A stretch of DNA of 64,000 bases from Macrostomum hystrix (GCA_950097015.1 CATNEN010000030.1:1-64000), one strand, 5' to 3'; counted from the stretch's first letter, positions 29,796 to 44,498 are shown. Made by a program: numbers and translations. Notes: a model not told the origin generated them from the letters alone.

Positions 29796-32700
29796 TGTTT
29801 TTGCCGCGTTCGCAGCCAAGAGGACGGGCGCGGTAAATGTCAGGCGGCTTTGAACCCTCTCGCAAGCATGGCCCGCGGGTTGCTAGATGTGGCTGTCGCT
29901 CCTACGAACAATCCTTAGAGCCCGGTCGAAGCCGCTCGCCCTCCGCCCTTGGCCGAAGCGGCTTTCTCCGCGCGAGCCACCTGTTGCTTTTCGTGACAGG
30001 TGGCAGTCGCTCTCAGCTGTGCAGAATCAACAATAATTGTTTACTGCCGCCACCGGTTGCTTGGGCGCACTCTAATAGACTCGAATGCAGATGTCCGCGC
30101 GGCTAAGCAATGACTGTCGCCTACCTAAGGTCGGGTCTTAATCAGAGTAAGCGAACGAGCGACGCGCGAAGCAAGCGGACTGACAGTTAAGCAGCAGCAG
30201 CAACAGCAGCAGCAGCAGCTTGGCCCTGCAGGGGAGGCAGAAGAGACACTGCGTTACCGGGTGGGGAGTCCGCACTGCAACTCAGCTGCGGGCAGGGCAG
30301 GGGAAGAAGTCTAACGGCTGTCCCCCCTGCTAGCTCTGCGGGGAGGGAAGTGCTGGGCAAAGACAGAGAGCGGCGCGCGGATAGGGAGTGAGCGAGGTGC
30401 GGTGCCACAGGAGGGGAGAATGCAGTCCCGGACGGACTCTTACTGGGAGCTACCTGACTGTTCCAAGCCGCCCCCTCTCTCACTCCCTACTGGTCCTTTT
30501 GGCTTTGGAATGGATGTCGCCCTGTTTAGGGGGGGGAGAGCTAGCACTAGCCTAGGGGCCTAGGGTAGCGAACAGTTCAGGTGAGCAGAGCTGGTTGGAC
30601 GAGCCGCTAACCTAGCTTGGCATAAGACCGAGACACGGCGCGTCATTGGCTCCGGCCCCGACGGTCCCCTTAGCCAGCCAAGGCAATGCATGAAATAGGT
30701 CTTTCATCCGACTCGGCCTTTTTCCTATCCATCCCTCAGTCCCATTCCATCCGCCCTCAAAAAATGCATGCACCGTCTCCCACCTCTCGTAGCTGGCCCC
30801 CTCCCCTACGGCTAAATGGGTTTCCTAGAGTTCCGCCAGTCAATCCAGTCGCGTGTTGTCTCAGGCGCACTGCGGGCTGCTCGCATTGTGCCAAAAATGC
30901 TGCGGCGACCAACCGAGAGACAATTCAGACTGGAGCCGAGTGCCGGGGAGGCGTGTGGACTCCGGGGAGGGGCTGGATATGCGCATGGATGTGAGCACAA
31001 GACTGCAGGGACAGAGTTTAATTCCCTTCGGAGGCTCTGCCAGCCCATATCTTCCTCCGACCCACCTCCATTTCTCCTCATAGGGATCTCTCGCCTCCTT
31101 TATAGAGAGCCTGCCAAGCTTCCCGAGGTCCCCAGCCCATGGTTTATCATCGCCATCCCCTGCACCAATGTCTGTCATTTCGCATTCGCATCGATTTGAA
31201 GAGCAGAAAGGGCAACAATGCTGCTATAAGGAGGGCCAGGCAGCGAGCTATTCCCAGCTTAATTCTCAGTACTTTTCGGCTTTCTAGTTTCGATAAGATG
31301 GAAGCACACACAGGCACACAGATAACAAGCAGTTGCAGTTTTATAGAAAACTTGGTGATGTAGTTGAGCGGCGTTGAGATTAAAGGATCGCGACGTTTGA
31401 GACATTTCCAAGACTGTGTACAATACAATGACTCCCGGTATATACCAGAACCAGATTGGATAGATTTGAACGCTGTACGCTTATTTCTCTTTCTAAAACA
31501 CGTGACACACGCCACTCGCTATAGTTGTCTGCCGGTCTCCCATTGCAGGCGGGGGTGAATGATGGTGAGGGCGAGCGAGTGAAAGGGAAGAGAGATGCGC
31601 CTGATCTCCCATTCCACATGAGCCGACTCAACTCACGCATCAGGCTCATCCCCTACTCGGCCTGGTGTTGTGCTTTGAGTGTTTATAGGGAGAGGCTACA
31701 GGGCGCGCCTTGGCAACAGGCCCATAGCTGATAGTTCGATACGGAACAGGGTGGAAACGGTCAGATTTCTCAATAGATTCGTTTTCAGCCACTTTTTACG
31801 ACAAGGAATATTAACTCTCTAACTCTCTTCTACAAAGAGAATAAAGAAGGGAGATAGGAGGCTCGCCCCGCTGTACCTTCTGGAGCAGTCTCCACCCTGC
31901 CCGGCCGCCCTAATGGATGGCAGCATGGGCCCAGGATGATACGGCGACAAGGCGCTGAAGTCTTTAGGGAAGGCCGAGCAGGGACGGGCCGCCACTCAAT
32001 GGTAAAGGCTTAAAATTTGTTGAAGCAGGCAGAGCCAGTTGAAGAGCAGGGCGTGAAGCCTCGGTATTGTTCCTATCAGTTTAATTCCCATCAGTGTTGT
32101 GCTCTAATGCATCATCAGCAGCAGCAGCAGCGAGTGCCGCGCAAGACACGCGCGGTAGGGGAAAAATGTGAGCCTCGGCTAAGTCTAGCGTGACGAAGGG
32201 GGGTTTTCGGCACTTTTGTAGCCATAAGCAGGCGACGTGGACTAATTGCGAACTATTATGAGACACGTACAGGGCTTGTATTTGAGTAGATGCGATGGAT
32301 CGAGGGATATTGTATTGATTTGAAATTCACTAAACTACAGAAAAAAATGTTCCTCCTATCTATTTTCTCCCACTTCCGTCTGTAACGGCCCCAGTAAAAT
32401 AGTTTTGATACCCCAAGCATTGTGCGGAAGCTAGTGTCAAATCCGTATAAGGATTAGGCATCAGTTGTGACCATGTTTGGTTTAATTCGGGTTTCACATC
32501 CTAAAATGACAATAAGAAAATTACTGTTGAGCTATCACCAATTGAGCAAATAGATTGGCCAAAAAAACGTTCGCACGGTGCAATCGTTTCAGCTGACTTG
32601 CACAAAAATATGTCCATATATTTTTTCGAGTCCAAAGCTGTGTAAAATAAAATAAATAGAATTGTAATTTTAGCAAGCTGCACAATGCGCAGCACTGTCA

Positions 32701-33323
32701 CCACGCGAAGAGGCGAGTGCATTAAAATAGGGAGCCAATAGACAGACACAAGAGCAGAAGACAGATTCGCTGGGACAAAAACGCAACAATTGAAGCAGCA
32801 CAAGAAAGGGACAAAACAAAAAATGGAAATTCAGAAAACAAAGTAAAAACAAATCAAAAGCAAAGATGGGACAAAAATATATGAATCCTCAATCCAATAG
32901 GAAGCCAACACTAACAGTAAAAGAAGCAAATAGGATTAACAATGAACGATTGCATAGACAGAAATAGAGCTCGCACGGGAGTCACCTACTGCAGTCATTT
33001 GGCCGTTTGAAGACAGACATCAAGTGAAAGGAAATTTGACCAAGTAAAATAATAATAATCAGTCACGAAGCAACAACAGTACGCACGCCAATAGGCGAAA
33101 TAAATTCAGGATTTAGCTGAAGAAGATAAAACAAATAATAAAAAAGTAATATTAAAAGCCAACTAAGATTTGGTTACTATAAGAGATAGAAAAATAAAGA
33201 ACAAACCAAATCAAAAAGCACAGAGGAAAAACTGCACAGTTTTGATGTGACATGCTAAGCGAAGCAAAACTATATTAAAAGTAAATTAAATCCTTAACCA
33301 CGATTGTGAATGGTGAATTCATG

Positions 33324-33945
33324 CAATCTAGAATCCCGTGAATGGGAAATCGGTAGATTGGAAATTTATGGAATCTAGAATCCCGTGAACGGGAAATTGG
33401 TAGATTGGGAAATTGATGTAATCTAGAATCCTGTGAATGGGAATTCGGTAGAATGGGAAATTATGGAATCTAGAATCCCGTGAATGGGAAATGCATGCAA
33501 TCTAGAATCCCGTGAATGGGAAATGCATGCAATCTAGAATCCCGTGAATGGGAATTCGGTAGATTGGGAAATTAATGCAATCTAGAATCCCGTGACTGGG
33601 AAATGCATGCAATCTAGAATCCCGTGAATGGGAATTCGGTAGATTAGGAAATTGATGCAATCTAGAATCCCGTGAATGAGAATTCGGTAGATTGGGAAAT
33701 TAATGCAATCTAGAATCCCGTGACTGGGAAATGCATGCAATCTAGAATCCCGTGAATAGGAAATCGGTAGATTGGGATATTAATGCAATCTAGAATCCCG
33801 TGAATGGGAAATCGGTAGATTGGGTTATTAATGCAATCTAGAATCCCGTGAATGGGAAATCGGTAGAATAGGAAATTATGGAATCTAGAATCCCATGGAT
33901 AGGAAATCGGTAGATTGGGGAATTCATGGAATCTAGAATCCCATT
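33324..33945. repeat. ~48-bp minisatellite with shorter deletion variants
   Basis: Unit AATCTAGAATCCCGTGAATGGGAAATCGGTAGATTGGGAAATTAATGC. Confidence 0.92.
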
Positions 33946-35239
33946 TAAAGTGGGAAAATTTATACAATAAACAACAATTCAAAGCACGATGGCCAATATG
34001 CTACTTTTAAATTAAGTAATTAAAAAAACTACAGGATTGCATACACAGACGAAACATTGAAATTCTATAAATTTGCATTGTAGAAATTCTTTTATTTTCC
34101 AATTTAGCTCATCTGACAATCTTTTAGGCAGAAACTATTTTAAGCGATATTTTGTTTAATTATCCAAACGATGATTAATTGTGACGTGTTTTATTTGACA
34201 AAAATCACCAAAAACCGAGTCTGCTAGCCGCAAAATTCTACGGAGGTCTACTGTTAGTAGTAATAATTGTGCGTTTTGAGTATACACAATGGCCTATTTG
34301 ACAGACGGGCTTCTAAAGATAAAATTATTAGTATTGGCTTCACAAAAAAATCTGGCTTCTGTTAAAAATCATTTAAAATTTGTAACAGGCCTAATTGTGC
34401 GATTTAATGCAATAAGGAAGTGTTTGCCAATTTGCTTCCGACTTTTTCATGAAAAAATGAAAGAACACTTATTTATTCAAAGCAGGATTTACTTTACAAG
34501 ATTAGGCGATAGGGAAGCAAACAGAAAATGGTACAAGCAACCCAATAATTCAAAAAGCACAATAAAAAGGGAAATTTCAAAACAAATACGAGCGTAGATG
34601 AGACAAACGACTATTTTGCGTGTCTAAAGCATGTGAATTTTTTTTAAATTGGCGACAAAAGAAGTATAACAAACACATGCGCCTTTACTAAATTTTAAGA
34701 AAGGCCTTAACATTGTATAGTTTGTTATAAACAGCATATTTTGGCGCGAATTGAAAAATTGAATTCACCAAATAATAAAAGTCGCAAACGGCTCCACTTT
34801 GTTGAACACAAAATATCATATGGCACACACTAGGGCCCATGGCACCTAAAGTGTAAGTACGAGTAATACAAATTTGAGCAAAATTAGTTGTAATTAAAAG
34901 TGAGCCATTAAAATTTTCCCATTCAGCGGAACTCTCGGAAGTGTCGCATAGTCTCAGAAGAAATTCAAATGTCAAGCCAGCTCTGAGCAGACATTCGCTT
35001 AGTCAAGAAAGACTGTGGCTTTCGCAAGAATTTGCCCTTCACGAGAATTTCGCTGTTAAGCCATAGAAGCACGTGAGAGATAGTTTGCTGTATTTTATTT
35101 AGCGCCACAAGCACTGATTGGTGGCGTAAAAAATGTAATAGTGAAGGAAATGAAACAAACTACCCAGAATTGATTAGCACTAGAGAATTAATTAATCACA
35201 AAAAGAACTGTCTTAATAATATGGATGGCCTCTTCAGAC

Positions 35240-38200
35240 TCAGTCCAATGGCTTTTCCTGTGGCAGTACAAGTAGAAACTTCTGCACAAAATGGGTCAGC
35301 TTGTCTGAAAAAGAGGAAATTAATGAGAAGCTTGTCTTGGTCCACTGGCGCATCATTTAATGACAATAGACCCGCAGCCAGCGAGGAGGCAATTCTGCCT
35401 ATTTCGCTGACTCCTGAGTACACGCTCACACAGGTGTGTACATCTGCCCTGACTTTCTCATCGTCAGACAGTGTACACTCTCACAGTGCCTTGGAGGTTG
35501 GCCCTCAAGGGTGTAAATTGCAAGTTAAGCCACTAAGCCTTCCCTCCGCGGCTGCGCCCAAAATAAATGTGGCCTCGCCGCGGAATCGAGCTTAGGGACC
35601 TTGGTGCGAGCGATCATGACAGGACTTATTTCTTAGAAAAATCTTTAAACAATAGTTATTATGAAGAAAGCTATACAAACCCATTTTAGTCTGCAAAGAG
35701 GCGGGCTTCCGTTTCCAGACAACGCCAACAAAGTAGAATGGCAGTCCTGTTAGCATGACCAAGATAGATATGGCACTCTCCTTTGGCGATTTCACCAGGG
35801 TGATAATGCAGATTAGGCTGGTGATGATAAACAGCACGATGGGAATTGCCAACGGTAGCTGCAATGCGAATTGTGGGACACCAGGACAAGTGAGAAGGCT
35901 CGATTTCATACAATTGTCTCGAAATTTCTGATGATTCTAAGCTGAAATTATTCCGAGACACGGTTTGCTCTTTAAAACGGATTAAAAAATGGTTTTCATA
36001 CAGCAATTCTTTTCTGCTTTTTAGCATTAAAACCGGCTTTTGATAATATTTAGAAAAATAATAAAAAATATAAATATTTGATTACACCTGCCCCAATAGG
36101 GCTAGATGCGCAGCCGACAGCACAGCCGCAGCTATTGCGCGGCGCATCTGAAGGCTGCGTACAGCTGTTCAGTCCATGGACTGGGGGGACGCCACACCCA
36201 CCCTCAATTATCCCAGCTAATGCTGGCACCCATTTAACAGCTGGGTGAACTGAAGCAATGCAGAATTAAGTGTCTTGCTAAAGGACACAAATTGTTTCAG
36301 TGGTTTTGGGAATCGAACCCCCGACCTTCAAGTCGTGAGTCCGACGCCCTAACACTAGGCTACAACCTCTTATTTGCGGTAGCTATCTATAGATTGATCT
36401 TAGAAAAAGAAAGAAATAAAAAGCAGACAGAAGCTTTGAAACCTCATGAAACTCAAACGGCTCTTTGCAAAACTAGTTGCTTTTTAAAGCCTAATTGAAA
36501 AACAGTAGAAATACCAGGGGAATTTCAAATAACCACGTTTTTCCCGTATATCCCAAAGTTTTCCACCAATCGCCATGAATATCGAGAACACGGACTAAAA
36601 TGTTCCGCTCTATCCGATGAAGCAACTTCCAAATCACAAAACATTAATATCGTCGAGATATTCAACGATTCTTGTCGAAGTGTCTGGTGGCAAAAACTTG
36701 TCCTTGTCAGCAATGACGTTGGAAGGCATTGAAAATTAGTCTATCGTAAAGGACGGAAAATGTTGATCCATATAGTAGACTTTCACGAAATTGAATCATT
36801 CGGTTTAGGAACACAAACTATGTTCATAAAACGTACCCTCAGCGTCCTAGGCAGCTCCGGGTGCTTGATTCGCAGTACCAATAAGCAGCCGATAGCCAGC
36901 AGAATGATGGCCATGAATGCGAAACCAGTTAGCTCGATCAGGTAGTCCAGCTGATTGGTGAACAGCTGCTGGAAGATCAGCGTGAAAATGCCCTGCAAAA
37001 ATTGGTGACAAGCAAGGTGGGCAGTAATGATACTTTCAGGAATTTAAAAAAGTTTAATCAACTAAATAAATTTAATTGAAAAATTAACTGCAGAGAATAA
37101 AGGCATGCAGATGGATATTATCGAATAAAATGTCGATGGATAAAATGTCGATGGATAGAATGTCGATGGATAGAATGTCGATGGATAGAATATCGATGGA
37201 TAGAATGTCGATGGATAGAATGTCGATGGATAAAATGTCGATGGATAGAATATCAGTGGATAAAATATCGATGGATAGAATGTCGATGGGTAGAATTTGG
37301 ATGGATAGAATGTCGATGGATAGAATGTCGATGGATAAAATATCGATGGATAGAATGTGGATGGATAGAATGTGGATGGATAGAATGTCGATGGATAAAA
37401 TATCGATGGATAGAATGTCGATGGATAGAATATCGATGGATAAAATGTCGATGGATAGAATGTCGATGGATAGAATATCGATGGATAAAATGTCGATGGA
37501 TAGAATATCAGTGGATAGAATATCGATGGATAAAATGTCGATGGATAGAATATCAGTGGATAGAATATCGATGGATAGAATGTCGATGGTTAAAATATCG
37601 ATGGATAGAATGTCGATGGATAGAATGTCGAGGGATAGAATGTCGATAGATAGAATATCGATGGATAAAATTTCGATGGATAGAATATCAGTGGATAGAA
37701 TATCGATGGATAGAATATCGATGGATAGAATGTGGATGGATAGAATGTGGATGGATAGAATGTGGATGGATAGAATGTCGATGGATAGAATGTCGATGGA
37801 TAGAATATCGGTGGATAGAAAGCCAATGAGTCGCAGTCGCGGTGTCTCACCATGAAGAGCACGGACGGGACAGGGGTTAGCCGCTTGGCGCTGACCATAG
37901 CCAGGGCTGCGGGAAAGTGGCCCTCGTAGGCGCCGGTGAAGGCCGCTCGGGACATGCTCAGCACCTCGCCGTTCATGCTGCCAAAGATGGCAATGGCAAC
38001 GAATAAGGGCATAACAAAAGCGCCAGCGCCCATTGTCTTCTCGGCGAATGTGACGGCTACGGCGTGAGAAGCTATTAATTGATCTGGAGTTAGTACAGCC
38101 AGGTAGGCCAGGTTGGCTGTCACGTAGATGACTGTGATAACCGACAGGGAGATGATGATGGCCAATGGTAGGCTGCGAGACGGTCGCTTCATCTCTTCCG

Positions 38201-41200
38201 TGAGAAAGTTCAGATAGTTCCTGTGTAAGAGTAACAATAGGAAATATTAATTAAACCAAATAATTAAACCAATTAACTACCAAATAGACACTGGGGTAGG
38301 GGTAATGAACTACCAAGTGGACACTGGGGTAGAGGTAATGATCTACCAAATAGACACTGGGGTAGGGGTAATGAACTACCAAGTGGACACTGGGGTAGGG
38401 GTAATGATCTACCAAATAGACACTGGGGTAGGGGTAATGAACTACCAAGTGGACACTGGGGTAGGGGTAATGATCTACCAAATAGACACTGGGGTAGGGG
38501 TAATGATCTACCAAATAGACACTGGGGTAGGGGTAATGATCTACCACATAGACACTGGGTTAGGGGTAATGATCTACCAAATAGACACTGGGGTAGGGGT
38601 AATGATCTACCAAATAGACACTGGGGTAGGGGTAATGATCTACCAAATAGACACTGGGGTAGGGGTAATGATCTACCAAATAGACACTGGGGTAGGGGTA
38701 ATGATCTACCAAATAGACACTGGGGTAGGGGTAATGATCTACCAAATAGACACTGGGGTAGGGGTAATGATCTACCAAATAGACACTGGGGTAGGGGTAA
38801 TGATCTACCAAATAGACACTGGGGTAGGGGTAATGATCTACCAAATAGACACTGGGGTAGGGGTAATGATCTACCAAATAGACACTGGGGTAGGGGTAAT
38901 GATCTACCAAATAGACACTGGGGTAGGGGTAATGATCTACCAAATAGACACTGGGGTAGGGGTAATGATCTACCAAATAGACACTGGGGTAGGGGTAATG
39001 ATCTAGCAAATAGACACTGGGGTAGGGGTAATGATCTACCACATAGACACTGGGGTAGGGGTAATGATCTACCAAATAGACACTGGGATAGGGGTAATGA
39101 TCTACCAAATAGACACTGGGGTAGGGGTAATGATCTACCAAATAGACACTGGGGTAGGGGTAATGATCTACAAAATAAGACACTGGGATAGGGGTAATGA
39201 TCTACCAAATAGACACTGGGGTAGGGGTAATGATCTACCACATAGACACTGGGGTAGGGGTAATGATCTACCAAATAGACACTGGGGTAGGGGTAATGAT
39301 CTACCAAATAGACACTGGGGTAGGGGTAATGATCTACCACATAGACACTGGGGTAGGGGTAATGATCTACCAAATAGACACTGGGGTAGGGGTAATGATC
39401 TACCAAATAGACACTGGGGTAGGGGTAATGATCTACCAAATAGACACTGGGGTAGGGGTAATGATCTACCAAATAGACACTGGGGTAGGGGTAATGATCT
39501 ACCAAATAGACACTGGGGTAGGGGTAATGATCTACCAAATAGACACTGGGGTAGGGGTAATGATCTACCAAATAGACACTGGGGTAGGGGTAATGATCTA
39601 CCAAATAGACACTGGGGTAGGGGTAATGATCTACCAAATAGACACTGGGGTAGGGGTAATGATCTACCAAATAGACACTGGGGTAGGGGTAATGATCTAC
39701 CAAATAGACACTGGGGTAGGGGTAATGATCTACCACATAGACACTGGGGTAGGGGTAATGATCTACCAAATAGACACTGGGGTAGGGGTAATGATCTACC
39801 AAATAGACACTGGGGTAACTCACCAGCCAGCAAAAGCCCAGAAGCCCTGATAGAAGGCGGAAATCGTGCCCAGTCCATAGTCGCTGCCTTCGAAAGAGTT
39901 TTCAAAGTTTTCAGTTCTGCCTTGGCCGAAATAGTAGAAGCCAATCACGGTAATGATGAGCAGGGCGCTGACCTTGCATACAGATATGACAACAGCAGTC
40001 TTAGTAGCCCATTTCACATTGATGCAGTTGATTGCACATAGCAGAGCTGTAAATATAGAATGTCAGTTATACTTTTCTGTCACTAATAAATAAAATATTC
40101 AACATTTCTGTTGACCCAATGATGTCGCAACTGGGCATCTGTAGCTGAAATTTGAAGCATAACTGACAACTGAAAAGCTAAGACTTATGATATCATCTAG
40201 ATTGTTGTAGATTGCAGCTGTCAATTAACTGATCACACTCAGAAAGTTCAACTCGTAGGATTAATAATAAAAAAATAATAAAATAATATAAATTGCAGGA
40301 GGGCTGCGGGCAATGGCACATCATTTGGTGACACCAGACCCGCAGCCAGCGTGGAGGCAATTCTGCCCATTTCGCTGACTCCCGAGCACACGCGCACACA
40401 GGTGTGTACATCTGCCCTGACTTTCTCATGGTAAGGCAGTGTACTCTCACTGTGCCTTAGAGATTGGCCCTCAACGGCGTAAATTGCAAGAGAAAGAAGT
40501 GCTTAACAAAAGGGTGGCAAACTTGAAATGCGACTCACACAACTCTCTAGGCTGAGTAGTTTTTGAAAGCATAATTTAGATTCGAAACTGACAGATGTCA
40601 ATCGGACCGTCTCTGCCGGTGCATTTGGCTATTTAGCTAGTTAAGCTTGCTTTTAGATAGACAAGTGCATGAAAATTACGCCGATATATATTTTCTGATT
40701 TTAGCAGAATTAGCAGGTGGACAGTCAACATGACCCACTAACAGACTGACAGGTGGACAGTGATATCCTACCAACAGACTGACAGGTGGACAGTGATGTC
40801 CTACCAACAGACTAACAGGTGGACAGCGATGTCCTACCAACAGACTGACAGGTGGACAGTGATGTCCTACCAACAGACTGACAGGTGGACAGCGATGTCC
40901 TACCAACAGACTGACAGGTGGACAGCGATGTCCTACCAACAGACTGACAGGTGGACAGCGATGTCCTACCAACAGACTGACAGGTGGACAGTGATGTCCT
41001 ACCAACAGACTGACAGGTGGACAGTGATGTCCTACCAACAGACTGACAGGTGGACAGCGATGTCCTACCAACAGACTGACAGGTGGACAGTGATGACCCA
41101 CTGACAGACTGACAGATGGACAGTGATGACCCACTGACTGACTGACAGGTGGACAGATGGACAGTGATGACCCACTGACTGACTGACAGGTGGACAGGTG

Positions 41201-41860
41201 ACAGTGATGACCCACTGACTGACTAACAGGTGGACAGTGATGACCCACTGACTGACTGACAGGTGGACAGTGATGACCCACTGACTAACTGACAGGTGGA
41301 CAGTGACAGATCATGATTAAACGGTGCAGCAACTCACCAACAGACAAGAAGGCGGTCATGCGAGTCAAGTATTCTGGCACATCGCAGCCAACAAACAATG
41401 GTGTCAGGCAGTACTTGGCAAACAGCAAGGAATTAGCAGCGGTGCTGACAGCTCCAATAGCCACAAATGTGATCCACAATACCAGAAAGGCTGGCACTGG
41501 GCCCATTACTTGCAGTACGTAGATGTATTCGCCACCTGATCTGGGTATAGTAGTGCCGAGCTCCGCGTAGCATATGGCACCAAGAGCGCTGAACACACCT
41601 GTGACTGTCCACATGATAAAGCTTAGGCCGACACTTTTGGACTCTTGCAGGATACCCTTTGGAGATACGAAAATGCCTGAGCCAACAATGATGCCAACAA
41701 TTATACCGACGCCTTGCATGACACCAATCTCTTTGCGCAGTTCAATCTTTGGCTTCTGTTCGATAATAATTGGCCCGCTGTCAACATCGGCACCGTCGAC
41801 CAACTCGGCATTGGGATTAGAATTATTGTTAATATTGTTCTTACTGTTTGAATGCTTCAT
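35240..41860 (-). CDS. SLC7A: SLC7 family L-type amino acid transporter light chain (LAT/y+LAT/xCT-like), 504 aa
   Basis: Exons 41860-41338, 40046-39824, 38220-37851, 36992-36837, 35858-35681 and 35304-35240; all GT-AG and phase-consistent (1515 nt). Motifs GIIVGSGIFVSPKG, YAELGT, GGEYIY, AFAGWNYLNF, LTPVPS. Confidence 0.95.
35368..35611 (-). mobile_element. SINE family A copy in SLC7 intron 5
   Basis: Homologous to 12191-12510 and 45817-46172. Confidence 0.85.
36084..36369 (-). mobile_element. tRNA-derived SINE (family B) with a CORE/Meta-like central domain, SLC7 intron 4
   Basis: Minus-strand head with GGTTCGATTCC B box, then TGTGTCCTTTAGCAAGACACTT...CACCCAGCTGTTAAATGGGTGCC; second copy at 50431-50703. 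Confidence 0.85.
36595..36700. repeat. Short dispersed repeat, homologous to 55085-55185 in the opposite orientation
   Basis: Shared ATCGTCGAGATATTC(A/G)ACGATTCTTGTCG(A/C)AGTGTCTGGTG plus upstream CCGCTCTAT..GAT.AA.CAACTTC. Confidence 0.75.
37126..37819. repeat. 15-bp minisatellite, ~46 copies, SLC7 intron 3
   Basis: Unit ATGGATAGAATGTCG. Confidence 0.96.
38276..39816. repeat. 33-bp minisatellite, ~46 copies, filling SLC7 intron 2
   Basis: Unit CTACCAAATAGACACTGGGGTAGGGGTAATGAT. Confidence 0.97.
40270..40490 (-). mobile_element. 5'-truncated SINE family A copy, SLC7 intron 1
   Basis: Body and tail homologous to other family A copies; tRNA head missing. Confidence 0.85.
40715..41308. repeat. 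33-bp minisatellite with variants, SLC7 intron 1
   Basis: Unit CCTACCAACAGACTGACAGGTGGACAGTGATGT. Confidence 0.95.
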
Positions 41861-42383
41861 CTTGTCCTTGCTGAAATGATAGCGAAATACAGAAAAACTA
41901 TGTATCAACAATTGGCGTAGGTCTTGCTTTTTTAGATTTGTTTTATTCCTTAGTCGAACACGTGCTTGCCGGGTCCAGTGAGTTTATGAATTAAATCTAG
42001 ACAATAATAGCCAGCAACTCTGCGCTGGCTTTTCCTTTGAGCAAAATGCATGCCGTTTCGTCATTTTACTTTGCTTCGTAAATAGGGTGTGGGTAGTAGA
42101 GAGGGGTACAGAGGGCCAGTGACTGTACAGCCCAAACAATGCGCTCCTATTGGCTGCTGTAACCATCAATATAGATGAAGAACTGGCATGGCAGATTGTT
42201 CAAACATAAGGCGTGGCTTAGCCACTTGCGGACAAACACTTGTCAGTCAGTTGGGACAATGACAGGTCGCTGGCTATGAAATAGCATATCAAGACCCTAG
42301 AGACAAAATGCATCAGTTCAAATGCGAGACAGTTGACAGGTAGACAGGGTCAGGCAGGGTCAAGGTACAGTCGTAAGGGAAGC

Positions 42384-42680
42384 TTTCGGTCTCCAAGGGA
42401 AACCTTTGGGTATCCAAGGGAAACCTTTCGGTATCCAAGGGAAACCTTTCGGTATCCAAGGGAAACATTTCGGTGTCCAAGGGAAACCTTTGGGTATCCA
42501 AGGGAAACCTTTGGGTATCCAAGGGAAACCTTTCGGTCTCCAAGGGAAACCTTTGGGTATCCAAGGGAAACCTTTCGGTCTCCAAGGGAAACCTTTGGGT
42601 ATCCAAGGGAAACCTTTCGGTCTCCAAGGGAAACCTTCCGGTATCCAAGGGAAACCTTCCGGTGTCCAAGTCCAAGGGAA
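42384..42680. repeat. 21-bp minisatellite, ~14 copies
   Basis: Unit CCAAGGGAAACCTTT(C/G)GGTAT. Confidence 0.95.
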
Positions 42681-43164
42681 AGCTATCAATAGAAGAGAAC
42701 CAATCTACATGAAACAATATTCGTGCGAAACAATTTTGGCGTATAAGAAATTTAATATTAACTAGGCAATATCTACGAAGAATTACGAGTCAAGCCCTCG
42801 ATTCTAAGCAATAGTAAAAAGCCTGTAAGAAACATGAGCATTGTGACAGAAGGCTGGCACAAATACAGAAGTGGATCGTTTACAAAACTAGAGCCAAATC
42901 CAATTGATAAGATAAGTTTGGTTCGGGAGGCCAAACAGGTTCAAAAGAAAGCCAAGTTTGGCATGGGAAGCAACACAGAAGTCATTGAATAATATTGAAC
43001 TACGGGATAGTAATATATACGGACTAGCCAAATATATCGATTGACTTTACTTAGATTATGTTATGCAATAGCAAATTATACACTTAATATCACCCCAACA
43101 GACATTAAATAATATACTGATCTAGGGGATTTGGAAGATCTTGAAGATCTGAGAGGTCAAAACG

Positions 43165-43615
43165 ATCTGGGAGATCTACTTAGATAATCTGTGAGATCTA
43201 CTTGGATAATCTGGGAGATCTACTTGGATAATCTGTGAGATCTACTTGGATAATCTGGGAGATCTACTTGGATAATCTGTGAGATCTACTTGGATAATCC
43301 GGGAGATCTACCTGGATAATCTGTGAGATCTACTTGGATAATCCGGGAGATCTACTTGGATAATCTGTGAGATCTACTTGGATAATCCGGGAGATCTACC
43401 TGGATAATCTGTGAGATCTACTTGGATAATCCGGGAGATCTACCTAGATAATCTGGGAGATCTACTTAGATAATCCGGAGATCTACTTGGATAATCCGGG
43501 AGATCTACCTAGATAATCTGGGAGATCTACTTAGATAATCCGGAGATCTACTTAGATAATCTGGGAGATCTACTTGGATAATCTAGGGAGATCTAGAGGA
43601 TTTGGGATATCTGGG
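43165..43615. repeat. 22-bp minisatellite, ~19 copies
   Basis: Unit GATCTACTTGGATAATCTGGGA. Confidence 0.93.
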
Positions 43616-44498
43616 AAATTGAAAAAAGTACTCCTATAACAGATGCGGTTATGCAAAACGCTTTAACGTTAAGCTGCCACGTTTAAGCTTACTAAGCAAA
43701 CTAGAAAAGGTAAAAGAAAAGAATTTAAAGCAAAAATATAAGTACAACTTGCGATTCAACCATAATAGTTTATTTTTCGGTGCAATTCATAAATTTAAGT
43801 TGACTCACTTATTAAAATAAGCAACAATTGGTAACTAGTAAGTAAATATTTTTTTGAACGGCCGAGCAAACGCAGGCATCAATTAGGAGAAATGTGTATT
43901 ATATATTGGACACATAAAAACAAAATTAGTAAATAATGCAGAACGACAGATACAAACATTTAGAGTAAATTATACATTCCGGTCATACGCCACTACTACT
44001 GTACTACTACGACAGAAGAATGAGACAAATAGACGAATACAATAAAGCAAATAAACCAGAGCACTACTATAAGTAGCAAGAGAGCATATAGTAATCGGTA
44101 TGAAATAATGCGAACATTGTCTTTATACTAAAGAATCGCAATATTACTTTTCTCGTCTAAGCAAGAGACAAAAATGAAATTGAATCTTGTGGCCAACTTT
44201 CCCTGTGGTGGAAAGCGAACAAGAAAAAAATGAACCAAGAGAAACAATTTAATGTAGAATTACACTACTCATAACATTAGTATTAACATTAACATTAGTA
44301 ATTTGTGCGCCTAAGTTAGTTTAAAAGTCATGTTTTAGATTAGTTTCATGAAAATCAAAACAGCTGTGGATAATTTATTTAGACTTGAAGTACATTGAAA
44401 AAGCGATATAGTTTTTAGGGAGAATTTATTTGTAAGATTTCATATTTTAACGAATTTTAGCTACACCAATAGAGAAATGAAAAAATATAGTGACTGCC

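Noticed and set aside
37130-41281. Repeat ORFs MSMDR, DHYPYPSVYLV, RHWGRGNDLPN and similar
   Set aside because: They lie inside SLC7 introns whose removal gives a complete, phase-consistent transporter.
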